Under the pieces are notes generated by a model that was not told the DNA's origin, did not search any database, and saw only the letters and a program-made list of their open reading frames with translations. A stretch of DNA of 64,000 nucleotides from Vitreimonas sp. (GTDB lineage Bacteria > Patescibacteriota > Microgenomatia > UBA1400 > PJMF01): the NCBI GenBank assembly GCA_035627515.1, contig DASPLQ010000012.1:842331-906330 (forward strand). Direction: 5' to 3'. The stretch's first letter is position 1; each line of letters begins with the position of its first letter. Made by a program: the position numbers and the translations under genes. This document shows, one piece after another, positions 48,435 to 57,511 of this stretch.

Positions 48435-50225
48435 TTAATCTTTAGTCAGTAATGCCCGACAGAACTCAGGTGTATCTAACTTTTCTACTTGTAGATGTTT
48501 CAGATCAGTAATTTGGCTAAAACCTTGCATGGTTTCTGTACTACACAGCTGATCATTATAAACTTTATAAATGGCGCCACTGTCAAACAGCGAAGGGATA
48601 TTTGTGACGCTGATGGCAGTAGGTACGTCAGCTTTAGTGCCACTATTACAAAATGTATTACTGGCTTCAGAAATAATGGTGGTAGTATCATTTAGTTGGG
48701 TGAGATCAATACAATCAGTCACAAATCGTACGTTGCCCAATTGGTATGAGTGATCACTCATTGTTTGCTGAATAGCTGGCATATTGTCTGCCGTAATTAA
48801 ACGATTAAAAAATAAATAACTATTGAAACGAAACTCAGACTCATCGCCGAGGACAATGAACCGGTGCTGAGGATGATCCTTTTGTACCCGCGCCACGTAG
48901 TTATTGACCACGCGCTCTGCCAAAGCACTGCCCTTGGTACTAATGATTGGGTAACGGACCCAGTATTGGTACTGAAACCACACCACGCAGCCACTATAAA
49001 TCAATACAATGCCTGCAAAGAGCCACAGTTTTTTATGATTGCGTAGTAACTCCAAGCCTAATGCTGCTAACATAATCAGTAAGGGAAAAAGGAATGATGA
49101 GCGGAACATGATCCATGAATCTAGTGAATTCACAGCCGAAGGCAAGGGTGCAATTAAAATTAAGGCTGTAATGAAGTAAGCTTGTGGACGCCACTTGGTG
49201 ACATGCCATACATAAAATAAACCGGCGCCAATTAACAAAATATCTATAGGATAAAAAATGCCAGCCGTCCACACTGAGAAAGGGTTGCGGACATTTTCAC
49301 CTGTTAAAAACAGATGATAAGGCTCAAAAGCCCGTGCATACTTTAATAATAATTGATAACCAATAACGGTCGCTTTATTAGAGAATAAGGTATTGAGTGG
49401 TGAAACTAGTGATAACCGGCGTTCTTCATTCACTAAACTGCTGACGTAATCTTCATTAAAAAAGATCATGTCACCAACACGCTGGCTGGCTGATTGTGAA
49501 GCTAAATTGGCGATATACCATAAGAAAATAGCTGCACAACACAGCACGATCAATAAGTCCGGTAAATAATTACTCAACTGAGTTTTTAATTTATTCCAAC
49601 TGAGTTTTTTAATACTGATGGCAGTAATCGCTTCTCGACAGTCATAAACTAAAGTGATGGCAATAAGCGCAGGGAAAATAATTTTCAAACCTTGATATTG
49701 AAAAAAGCCGAGTATTAATAAAGGTAGAGCCCACAGTTTGTGCCACTTGGGAGCTGCTAGCCACACATAAATGCCACTGAAATAGAAAAATAAACTAAAA
49801 ATGGCATCGAAGCTGAGGCGGGAAAATTGAAACAGCCAGGGATTAAGTACCGCTAACACTGCCGTAGTTAAAGCCACGGATTTATTTTTGAAGAGGTGGT
49901 AAGAAAGCCCAGCTAAAATAAAGGGTAACAATGAACCGATGATTGCCTGAGCAGCACGAGCTGCAACAAGCGGGTCAGAAATGATCACCGCGGCCGGGGC
50001 CATCACTGTCGCTGGGAGCTCGGCATACAAAATATGGGCTGGCCGAAAGTGCCACGGACGCCAAGTGCCAGTGAGATCGCTGCCGCTGACGGCGATGCTT
50101 TGGGCTTGGGCTGCATAAATGATTTCGTCGTGAACCACGGTAGCAGGGATACTACCTAACTGCCAGAAACGCATCACTACGGCGACGACCCACAAACCTA
50201 GCCACAAAAGCGTCTCTTTTTTCAT
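48435..50225 (-). CDS. GT-C glycosyltransferase (ArnT/PMT-like)
   Basis: RFWQLG.IP..HDE, NPW.FQFSR. Confidence 0.85.
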   Translation of the reverse strand: MKKETLLWLGLWVVAVVMRFWQLGSIPATVVHDEIIYAAQAQSIAVSGSDLTGTWRPWHFRPAHILYAELPATVMAPAAVIISDPLVAARAAQAIIGSLLPFILAGLSYHLFKNKSVALTTAVLAVLNPWLFQFSRLSFDAIFSLFFYFSGIYVWLAAPKWHKLWALPLLILGFFQYQGLKIIFPALIAITLVYDCREAITAISIKKLSWNKLKTQLSNYLPDLLIVLCCAAIFLWYIANLASQSASQRVGDMIFFNEDYVSSLVNEERRLSLVSPLNTLFSNKATVIGYQLLLKYARAFEPYHLFLTGENVRNPFSVWTAGIFYPIDILLIGAGLFYVWHVTKWRPQAYFITALILIAPLPSAVNSLDSWIMFRSSFLFPLLIMLAALGLELLRNHKKLWLFAGIVLIYSGCVVWFQYQYWVRYPIISTKGSALAERVVNNYVARVQKDHPQHRFIVLGDESEFRFNSYLFFNRLITADNMPAIQQTMSDHSYQLGNVRFVTDCIDLTQLNDTTTIISEASNTFCNSGTKADVPTAISVTNIPSLFDSGAIYKVYNDQLCSTETMQGFSQITDLKHLQVEKLDTPEFCRALLTKD

Positions 50226-50263
50226 GATTGCCTATGTTGTATCATGCATCAGCACAAAACTCT

Positions 50264-51982
50264 ATGTTAGCTTTTTTGTCTTCGCTGCGACGTGAATGGA
50301 AATCAAGTCTAGTTCTACTAGCTATTGTTATTTTCGCCTTTGGTATCCGATTATTACAGTTAGATCAAGCTCCTAAAGGAGCCTTGATTGATGAAGCCCA
50401 CTTTGGCTATTTAGCCTACTCACTCTTAGAAACTGGTAAAGACGAGCATGGGGTGTCCTGGCCGATTATTTTCAAAGGTTTTGGTGACCAAAAGTTACCT
50501 GGGTATGGGTACGCATTGTTACCGTTTGTGAAGGTATTGGGTTTATCGACATTTACCATCAGAATTCCTTCCTTATTAGCCGGGACATTTTTAGTCTTAG
50601 CAGTGTACTTACTAATTAAAGAATTACGCTTAGATACCCGATGGGCTTTATTTGGTGCCTTTGTGACTGCTGTCGCTCCCTGGTCATTTTTTCTGAGTCG
50701 CATGGGCTTTGAATCTAACCTCGCCCTCGTTTTTTGGGTTTTTGGGCTGTGGGCGGTGGTGCGGGCTGTAAACCTAAAAACTAAAACCGGCTGGTGGATA
50801 ACGGCCGCAATTTTAATCGCTTTGACTTGGTATTGTTATATAGCGTATCGCCCGGTGACGGTGGCAGTAGTGGGAGCATTTTTACTTACCGCTTGGTGGC
50901 TGAAGCAAATTACTTGGCAAAAAATTGCTGTGTTTGGGGTCAGCTTTGTGATTGCGGTTTTCCCTTTATTCTTACCCTCAGCAATCGGGAGCAATGCCAC
51001 ACGTTTCAACCAGGTTGGATTATTTGCTGATCGCGGTTTGACCGCCGAAATCAATGAAAATCGCACCTTTTGTGATTTTAAGTTGCCGCGTTTATTTTGT
51101 TATGCGATTTGGAATAAGGGAACTATTTTTTCACGGTTATTAATTGAGCGTTATATTTATACGTTTGCCCCTCAATATTTAGGTACCAAAGGTGAAGATG
51201 GTTTAATCTTTTTAACTGTCAAAGATTATGGCCAGTTTTATTTCGTACTCTATCCTTTTTTTATTTTAGGATTGTTGGCCTTAATTAATCCACCTAAAAA
51301 ATTTAATTTAGACTTACAAAATAAAGTATTATTAGGAGCCGGTTTAGCCTTTGCGCCCATTCCTACTATCTTAGTTGGCGAAGCCCAAAAAGTGAGAATT
51401 TCTTCGTTGTTTCCTTTTATTCTGATTATTATTGTCTTGGGAGTGTCTGTGTTTGTGACCTACCTCAAAAAAGAGTGGTTGCAAAAATTATTTTTGACGG
51501 GTTTGGTGAGCTTCATTATGATTAGTGCCGTGGCACACTTCGTGGCTTTTTTCACTGTTCATACCGTCAAGAATGATTACTACTATCAAACTTATTTACC
51601 CGACGCCTTTCAGTATCTTTCTGAATATGGCCGAGATACCGATATTATTATCAAACCGTTCTTTTCCGATCCATTGATGTTTTATGCTTATTACGCTAAG
51701 TTAGATCCCGCCTTTTATCAACAGAACGCAGTTTTGGGTGAACAAGAGCCTGGTGGTTTCCAACACACCATCAAGCTAGCTAATTACAGTGTGGAAGATA
51801 CGTCGCTCAAAACCGTTGCCTGCAAAGTGGCTAAAACTGGTAAACCCACTGTCTTTGTCAGTAATATTGAAGAAGATGGCGATTATAAATACACCGTGTA
51901 CTCTCTGAACGGCTCATTACGTTATATTTTTATTTATGATATTCAACGTTATTTAGCCAAACGCCCTGGCTTGTGTGAGTAA
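50264..51982 (+). CDS. GT-C glycosyltransferase (ArnT/PMT-like)
   Basis: IDEA.FGY.AYSLLETGKDEHG..WP..FKGFGD, PW.FFLSRMGFE. Confidence 0.88.
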   Translation: MLAFLSSLRREWKSSLVLLAIVIFAFGIRLLQLDQAPKGALIDEAHFGYLAYSLLETGKDEHGVSWPIIFKGFGDQKLPGYGYALLPFVKVLGLSTFTIRIPSLLAGTFLVLAVYLLIKELRLDTRWALFGAFVTAVAPWSFFLSRMGFESNLALVFWVFGLWAVVRAVNLKTKTGWWITAAILIALTWYCYIAYRPVTVAVVGAFLLTAWWLKQITWQKIAVFGVSFVIAVFPLFLPSAIGSNATRFNQVGLFADRGLTAEINENRTFCDFKLPRLFCYAIWNKGTIFSRLLIERYIYTFAPQYLGTKGEDGLIFLTVKDYGQFYFVLYPFFILGLLALINPPKKFNLDLQNKVLLGAGLAFAPIPTILVGEAQKVRISSLFPFILIIIVLGVSVFVTYLKKEWLQKLFLTGLVSFIMISAVAHFVAFFTVHTVKNDYYYQTYLPDAFQYLSEYGRDTDIIIKPFFSDPLMFYAYYAKLDPAFYQQNAVLGEQEPGGFQHTIKLANYSVEDTSLKTVACKVAKTGKPTVFVSNIEEDGDYKYTVYSLNGSLRYIFIYDIQRYLAKRPGLCE

Positions 51983-51983
51983 C

Positions 51984-52892
51984 ATGTCAAAACTCTCCCT
52001 CACTGCCCTTGTTCACACCAAAAACTCAGCTTCCACGTTGGAGAAGTGTTTAGAGTCTCTCCGGTTTGCCGATACGATTATCTTGGTAGACATGCACAGT
52101 GATGACGATACTCTCAAAATTGCGCGCCGTTATACAAAAAACATTTTTGAGTTTGAAGATGTAGGCTTTGTGGAACCGGCTCGGAACTTTGGATTAAGTA
52201 AAGTTGCTACCGACTGGGTGGTCATCGTCGATGCCGACGAAGAAGTTAGTGAAGATTTGGCGGGTGTGTTGAGTGAGATTGTGACTGGAAGGTATGGCTT
52301 GGCGGCCGACGCATATTATTTGCCGCGCAGAAATGTAATTTTTGAGCATGCTTTTGAGCACACCGGGTGGTGGCCAGACTATCAACTGCGATTATTTAAA
52401 AAGGGCGTCGTAACCTGGTCTGATAACATTCATGCCGTGCCACAGATTAAGGGCAAGTCTGAGAAATTACCAGCTCAAGAAAAAGGCGCTCTCATTCATC
52501 ACAATTATCAAACTATTGAGCAATATCTAGACCGCTTAAATCGCTATACGAGTATTACGGCACAGCAACAACAGGCAACCACTTTGACGAGTGAAGAAGT
52601 CTGGCAGTCGTTTTCAGGTCAATTCCTAGCGCGCTTTTTTGCTCAACAAGGCTATCGTGATGGAGTACATGGTTTATCACTCTCCCTTTTACAATCAATG
52701 TATCAACTGGTGACGCAACTCAAGCGTTGGCAAGCTCAAGGTTTTCCTAAAGCTGATATTACATCTCAAACTATGGCTGCCATCAGGAAATCCCAGCGAG
52801 AATTTAATTATTGGTTAGCTGACTACCAGGTGCAGCAAAGCTCAGGTCTGAGCCGTTTATATTGGCAGATCAGGCGGAAGTTGAAAGTTTAA
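51984..52892 (+). CDS. GT2 glycosyltransferase (beta-1,4-glucosyltransferase-like)
   Basis: VDMHSDD, ARNF, VDADE, WWPDYQLRLF, RLNRYT. Confidence 0.9.
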   Translation: MSKLSLTALVHTKNSASTLEKCLESLRFADTIILVDMHSDDDTLKIARRYTKNIFEFEDVGFVEPARNFGLSKVATDWVVIVDADEEVSEDLAGVLSEIVTGRYGLAADAYYLPRRNVIFEHAFEHTGWWPDYQLRLFKKGVVTWSDNIHAVPQIKGKSEKLPAQEKGALIHHNYQTIEQYLDRLNRYTSITAQQQQATTLTSEEVWQSFSGQFLARFFAQQGYRDGVHGLSLSLLQSMYQLVTQLKRWQAQGFPKADITSQTMAAIRKSQREFNYWLADYQVQQSSGLSRLYWQIRRKLKV

Positions 52893-52897
52893 TCTCA

Positions 52898-53752
52898 TTA
52901 ATGAGGTAGCATTCGAGCTCGTAAGCCTTGCCACATTTTTTTCATTGAAGACAAGAGGTTTGTATAGGGTGATTCTTCAAATTTGATTTGCAAGGTGAGT
53001 AATTTTTTAAGAAATTTTTCTAGTTCATTAAATGAGATGTAGTCGTTTCCTTTGCGAGAAAAACCCATTACATCCCATTGCTCATAAAAATTCCTTAGTT
53101 CTTTTTTTACATCTGTTGAGATGTCATTTTGGTAAGGGTCGGTAGTGGCAAGGGTATGAAGTGTTTCTACCACCACACAAATGTTATGAGCAAATTCACT
53201 ATTATTGCTGAGCAATTCTTGAGTATTTATTGTGCCTTTTCGCTCTTTTAAGTTAATAGACTTATCAATATAGGGAGTTTTATTTACTAAATCTTTGACC
53301 GCGCCTAGGTCGACTTGCATAACCTGATATGACCAGCTTGAAGGCTTAGATTCATGAGGTACAAGTTTTATAAGTATGTTAAGAATATTTCGATCGATTA
53401 ATAAAATACCATAATTTTCTACTAATTCCCTCATCTGTTGCAGTGTTTTTATGGCTACTTCTATGTGGTCTTGGCCAGAAAAATGCAAAACCCGACCATC
53501 TTTATATATTTCCTTTTTTCTTAAGAGATCTGCCCATTGAAAGCCATGTACCTTTTCCACAGGGTAAACATCATACCCAGCTTCGAATTGTTCACCCCAG
53601 GCCTTGTCAATCTTAGTATCGGGCACAACTACTTGAGGAATGACACCAGGCACTACCTCACCAAGATGAAGCTGATTAACAAAGCGAGGATTTGAGTAAC
53701 TAGCCTCACCTTTCTCAAAGTGGATATCATTGACAGTTAATTTTTTTTCCAT
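52898..53752 (-). CDS. Hypothetical protein with protein-kinase-like fold motifs
   Basis: VEKVHG..ADLL, GILLIDRNILNILI (DxxxxN), QVDLG; AT-rich. Confidence 0.6.
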   Translation of the reverse strand: MEKKLTVNDIHFEKGEASYSNPRFVNQLHLGEVVPGVIPQVVVPDTKIDKAWGEQFEAGYDVYPVEKVHGFQWADLLRKKEIYKDGRVLHFSGQDHIEVAIKTLQQMRELVENYGILLIDRNILNILIKLVPHESKPSSWSYQVMQVDLGAVKDLVNKTPYIDKSINLKERKGTINTQELLSNNSEFAHNICVVVETLHTLATTDPYQNDISTDVKKELRNFYEQWDVMGFSRKGNDYISFNELEKFLKKLLTLQIKFEESPYTNLLSSMKKMWQGLRARMLPH

Positions 53753-53791
53753 TATTAACCATATTCTAGCCCTTTCAGGTATAATACGTCT

Positions 53792-54706
53792 ATGGATCAT
53801 ATTTCCATTGTCATTGTTCATTACAACACCGATAAAGATACGCGTGAGTGTTTGCAGTCATTAGCGAAAATTGAGACACGTGGTTTCAATTATTCAGTAG
53901 TTGTGGTTGATAACGCATCAAAAAAACCTTTGCATCTCCCGCAACAAGTTTTGAACAAAAATATTGAAGTCTTGCGCAGTGAGTCTAATTTGGGTTTCAC
54001 AGGCGGCAATAATTTGGGTATTAAGTATGCCGTCGAAAAATATAACTCTGAGTTTGTGTTGTTATTAAACAGCGATACATTAGTAGCTCCAGAGTTTCTA
54101 TCTGAGTTGTATACCTGCGCTAAAAACAGTTCCAAGCGTGGCATCACAGTGCCCAAAATTTACTTTGCTAAAAACTATGAATTTCACCAAGATAGTTACA
54201 CTGCCACACAAAAGGGAAATGTACTATGGTTTGCGGGCGGTACGATTGATTGGACCACTCTCTCAGCATTTCACCGTGGCGTAGACGAGGTTGATCGCGG
54301 GCAGTTTAATCACTCCACAGACACTGACTTTGCCACGGGTTGTTGTATGCTCATTGCCCGTGAGGTACTGGAAACGATTGGTGGTTTTGATAATCGTTAT
54401 TTTCTGTATTTAGAAGACGTTGACCTGAGTATGCGAGCACGCCTCAACGGTTTTTCAGTCACTTTTTGTCCCAGTTCTCAAGTCTGGCATAAAAATGGGG
54501 GTTCCAGTGGTGGGTCGGGTTCTATTTTGCAACAGTACTATTTAGTTCGTAACAGGGTTTGGTTTGCATTTCGCTATGCTTCATGGCGAATTAAGTTAAC
54601 CACCATCAGATATGCTGCCCAGCTACTTTGGAGTGGCAATACTATCGAACGACGCGCTATGATAGATGTACTCTTTGGTCGCTTAGGTAAGCAACCAATT
54701 TTATAA
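53792..54706 (+). CDS. GT2 glycosyltransferase (WbbL/rhamnosyltransferase-like)
   Basis: VIVHYN, VDNAS, NLGFTGGNNLG, LLNSD, YFLYLEDVDLS. Confidence 0.9.
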   Translation: MDHISIVIVHYNTDKDTRECLQSLAKIETRGFNYSVVVVDNASKKPLHLPQQVLNKNIEVLRSESNLGFTGGNNLGIKYAVEKYNSEFVLLLNSDTLVAPEFLSELYTCAKNSSKRGITVPKIYFAKNYEFHQDSYTATQKGNVLWFAGGTIDWTTLSAFHRGVDEVDRGQFNHSTDTDFATGCCMLIAREVLETIGGFDNRYFLYLEDVDLSMRARLNGFSVTFCPSSQVWHKNGGSSGGSGSILQQYYLVRNRVWFAFRYASWRIKLTTIRYAAQLLWSGNTIERRAMIDVLFGRLGKQPIL

Positions 54707-54715
54707 CCCTGCTTT

Positions 54716-55528
54716 ATGACACCTAGTCTCACCGCCATTGTCATTGCTCGAAATGAAGAAAGCATGATTGCTAACTGCTTAGAAACGTTGCGGTGGTGCG
54801 ATGAGATTATTGTCATTAACAACGACTCCAGTGATGCGACTGTTAGTATTGCTCATCGCTCGGGGGCTCGAGTGATTACGCTCAGCGGTGGGTTTGCTGA
54901 ACTGCGGACAGAGGGCTTAAAACGTGCCAAGACTGATTGGTTATTGTATATAGATGCTGACGAGCGTGTCACACCGGCGTTAGCTGCCGAAATTCGCGAG
55001 ACCATCGGTATGCCCGCGCACCCTGCCTATGCCATTGGCCGGACTAATGTTTTATATGGTCAGCATATGCAACACGGTGGCTGGAATCAAGATCAGGTAG
55101 TGCGCTTATTTAACAGAGCAACCTTACAAGGATGGGATGGGGAAATACATGAACATGCTGTAGTGACTGGTTCGACGGGCGAACTGCAACAATCTTTAAT
55201 TCACTTCACTCATCGAGATGTGATCAGTGGGCTTAAAAAAACAATTGAATGGACACCGATCGAGGCTACGTTGTTAGCCAACTCGAAAATTCCTCCTGTG
55301 ACCTTATGGACGCTACTGCGTAAAGGTGGCATGGAAGTTTTTCGGCGGGCTATACGCGAAAAAGGTTACAAAGATGGTTTGGCAGGCTGGATTGAAGCTC
55401 TCATTCAAGGAATGAATCGGATGCTGGTTTATATTCAAGTTTGGGAGTTACAGCAAAAACCATCTCTAAGTGAACAATACCAACATCATGAGACAGCGAT
55501 TGCTCGATTGTGGAAAAATGCTAAATGA
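54716..55528 (+). CDS. GT2 glycosyltransferase
   Basis: IARNEE, WLLYIDADERV, GEIHE. Confidence 0.9.
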   Translation: MTPSLTAIVIARNEESMIANCLETLRWCDEIIVINNDSSDATVSIAHRSGARVITLSGGFAELRTEGLKRAKTDWLLYIDADERVTPALAAEIRETIGMPAHPAYAIGRTNVLYGQHMQHGGWNQDQVVRLFNRATLQGWDGEIHEHAVVTGSTGELQQSLIHFTHRDVISGLKKTIEWTPIEATLLANSKIPPVTLWTLLRKGGMEVFRRAIREKGYKDGLAGWIEALIQGMNRMLVYIQVWELQQKPSLSEQYQHHETAIARLWKNAK

Positions 55529-56634
55529 AAATCTGTCTATATTCTCCTTATGTTCCTAAACACGTAGGTGGTGGTGAAAAGTATTTTTTCGATGTGGCGC
55601 GCTTGTTAAGTACTGAGCATAGGGTACAAGTTGCTATCCCACATTTTGAGGGCACACCTAAAGCTATTCAAGCAGTCCGCGAAAAATATGAACAGTTTTT
55701 GGGTCAATCATTGGCTAAAATAGAATTTATTTCCACTCCTTTGAATACAACTGCCCCCTGGTGGTTAAAAATAGCCTGGACGCGACAATTTGATGTTTTA
55801 TATTACTTAACTGATGGGAGTTTGTTTTTTTCGTTAGCCAAAAGAAATATTTTGCACATCCAAATTCCTTTTACGACACCAAAAACTAGTTTTAGTGATC
55901 GAATGAAATTACAAAATTGGCAAGTTAAAAATACTAACTCTGCTTTCACCAAAAAAATAATTGAAAAAAACTGGCACACTAAAATTGACGTCGTGCACTG
56001 GCCTATGGTAGATGTGGGCAGCGAGCTAAAGGCGGCAGGACTAAAAAGTGATCATAAACAAAAAGTGATTTTGCATGTCGGGCGGTTCTTCCGTCAGTTA
56101 CATTCTAAGCGCCAAGACGTACTCGTGAATATTTTTAAAGAGTTACTTACTCTTTATCCTCAGCAAACGAAAGGTTGGAAACTGGTTTTAGTTGGGGCTG
56201 TCGAGGATGAAGCCTATGCTGCGGAAGTCAAAAAACGTAGTCAGGGCTTGCCAGTAGAAATGTATCATAATTTGAATCGACAAGAGTTATTAGAGTGGTA
56301 TGCTAAAGCTAGCATCTATTGGCACGCAACTGGTTTCGGTTGTGATGAGCTGGCTGAGCCGGAAAAAATGGAACATTTTGGGATTAGCACTGTGGAGGCA
56401 ATGGCAGCCGGGTGTATCCCGATTGTGATCAATAAAGGTGGTCAGCCAGAAGTGTTGGGTGAATCATTAGCTTCTGGTCTGTGGAATGATGAAAGTGAGT
56501 GCATAGCTAAAACCATCACGGTTATACAAAATGAGGCATCGCAGACTATTTTGAAAAAAGCTGCTCGTGAGCAGGCAGCAACTTTTGGATCAGCTCAATT
56601 TATAGACACATTACAAAAAATGATCACATCATAA
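55525..56634 (+). CDS. GT4 glycosyltransferase
   Basis: GGGEKY, LHVGRF, EHFGISTVEAMAAGC. Confidence 0.93.
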   Translation: MKICLYSPYVPKHVGGGEKYFFDVARLLSTEHRVQVAIPHFEGTPKAIQAVREKYEQFLGQSLAKIEFISTPLNTTAPWWLKIAWTRQFDVLYYLTDGSLFFSLAKRNILHIQIPFTTPKTSFSDRMKLQNWQVKNTNSAFTKKIIEKNWHTKIDVVHWPMVDVGSELKAAGLKSDHKQKVILHVGRFFRQLHSKRQDVLVNIFKELLTLYPQQTKGWKLVLVGAVEDEAYAAEVKKRSQGLPVEMYHNLNRQELLEWYAKASIYWHATGFGCDELAEPEKMEHFGISTVEAMAAGCIPIVINKGGQPEVLGESLASGLWNDESECIAKTITVIQNEASQTILKKAAREQAATFGSAQFIDTLQKMITS

Positions 56635-56635
56635 T

Positions 56636-57511
56636 ATGGCTAAATACTTAAAAGTTTCAGCTGTCATTCCCACCTACAATGGTCTTCATTTATTGAGAAA
56701 AAACTTGTCTGCGGTATTAGAGTGTTTACGACCAAATGATGAGTTGGTTATCGTAGATGATGCCAGTAACGATGAGACTCTAGAGTGGCTGAAGCATAAA
56801 TTTGGTTTAGCGACTGCGACCGCAGTCATCACTGGCGCAGATCTTTCAGAAGGTATGTATCGTCAGGGCCAAAAAAAAGTAGTGGTAAAAGTTGTAGCTA
56901 ATCATCAGAACCAGCGATTTGCGGTGAGTTGTAATCGTGGGGTGGCGGCTGCCACACACCCAATTATTTTTGTACTCAACAATGATGTCAGTCCCTATCC
57001 CGATGTTATTAAACAGGCCCTACCTCACTTTCAAGATCCAGAAGTTTTTGCCGTGGGTTGTTTAGAACATGAGCAAGCTGAGGGGGAAGTAGGTGGTAAG
57101 AATCGTCTCTGGTTTGAACGTGGCTTATTTCGCCATGCCCGAGCCAGCGATTTTAGCACTGGACCCACAGCCTGGGTGAGTGGTGGGAGTGGCTTCTTTG
57201 ATCGTGAGAAATGGCTACAATTAGACGGCTTTGATCCGCGATATTATCCTGCCTATTGGGAAGATACCGACCTTTCATTTAGGGCTCGGCAACAAGGTTG
57301 GAAAGTGGTCTTTGATGCTCAAGCTCAAGTTGACCACAACCATGAAAGCACGAATCAGACCACGTTTGGTAAGCAACACATTATGAAGATGAGTTGGCAG
57401 CACGCTCACATATTCACTCGACAGCACGCAACATGGTGGCAATTAGTACAATACGGAGTGTGGTTCCCTTATAACTGGTGGCATTTTCAACAATTGATGC
57501 GACACGTTTAG
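56636..57511 (+). CDS. GT2 glycosyltransferase
   Basis: VIPTYNG, VDDASND, LNND, PAYWEDTDLSFRA. Confidence 0.92.
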   Translation: MAKYLKVSAVIPTYNGLHLLRKNLSAVLECLRPNDELVIVDDASNDETLEWLKHKFGLATATAVITGADLSEGMYRQGQKKVVVKVVANHQNQRFAVSCNRGVAAATHPIIFVLNNDVSPYPDVIKQALPHFQDPEVFAVGCLEHEQAEGEVGGKNRLWFERGLFRHARASDFSTGPTAWVSGGSGFFDREKWLQLDGFDPRYYPAYWEDTDLSFRARQQGWKVVFDAQAQVDHNHESTNQTTFGKQHIMKMSWQHAHIFTRQHATWWQLVQYGVWFPYNWWHFQQLMRHV

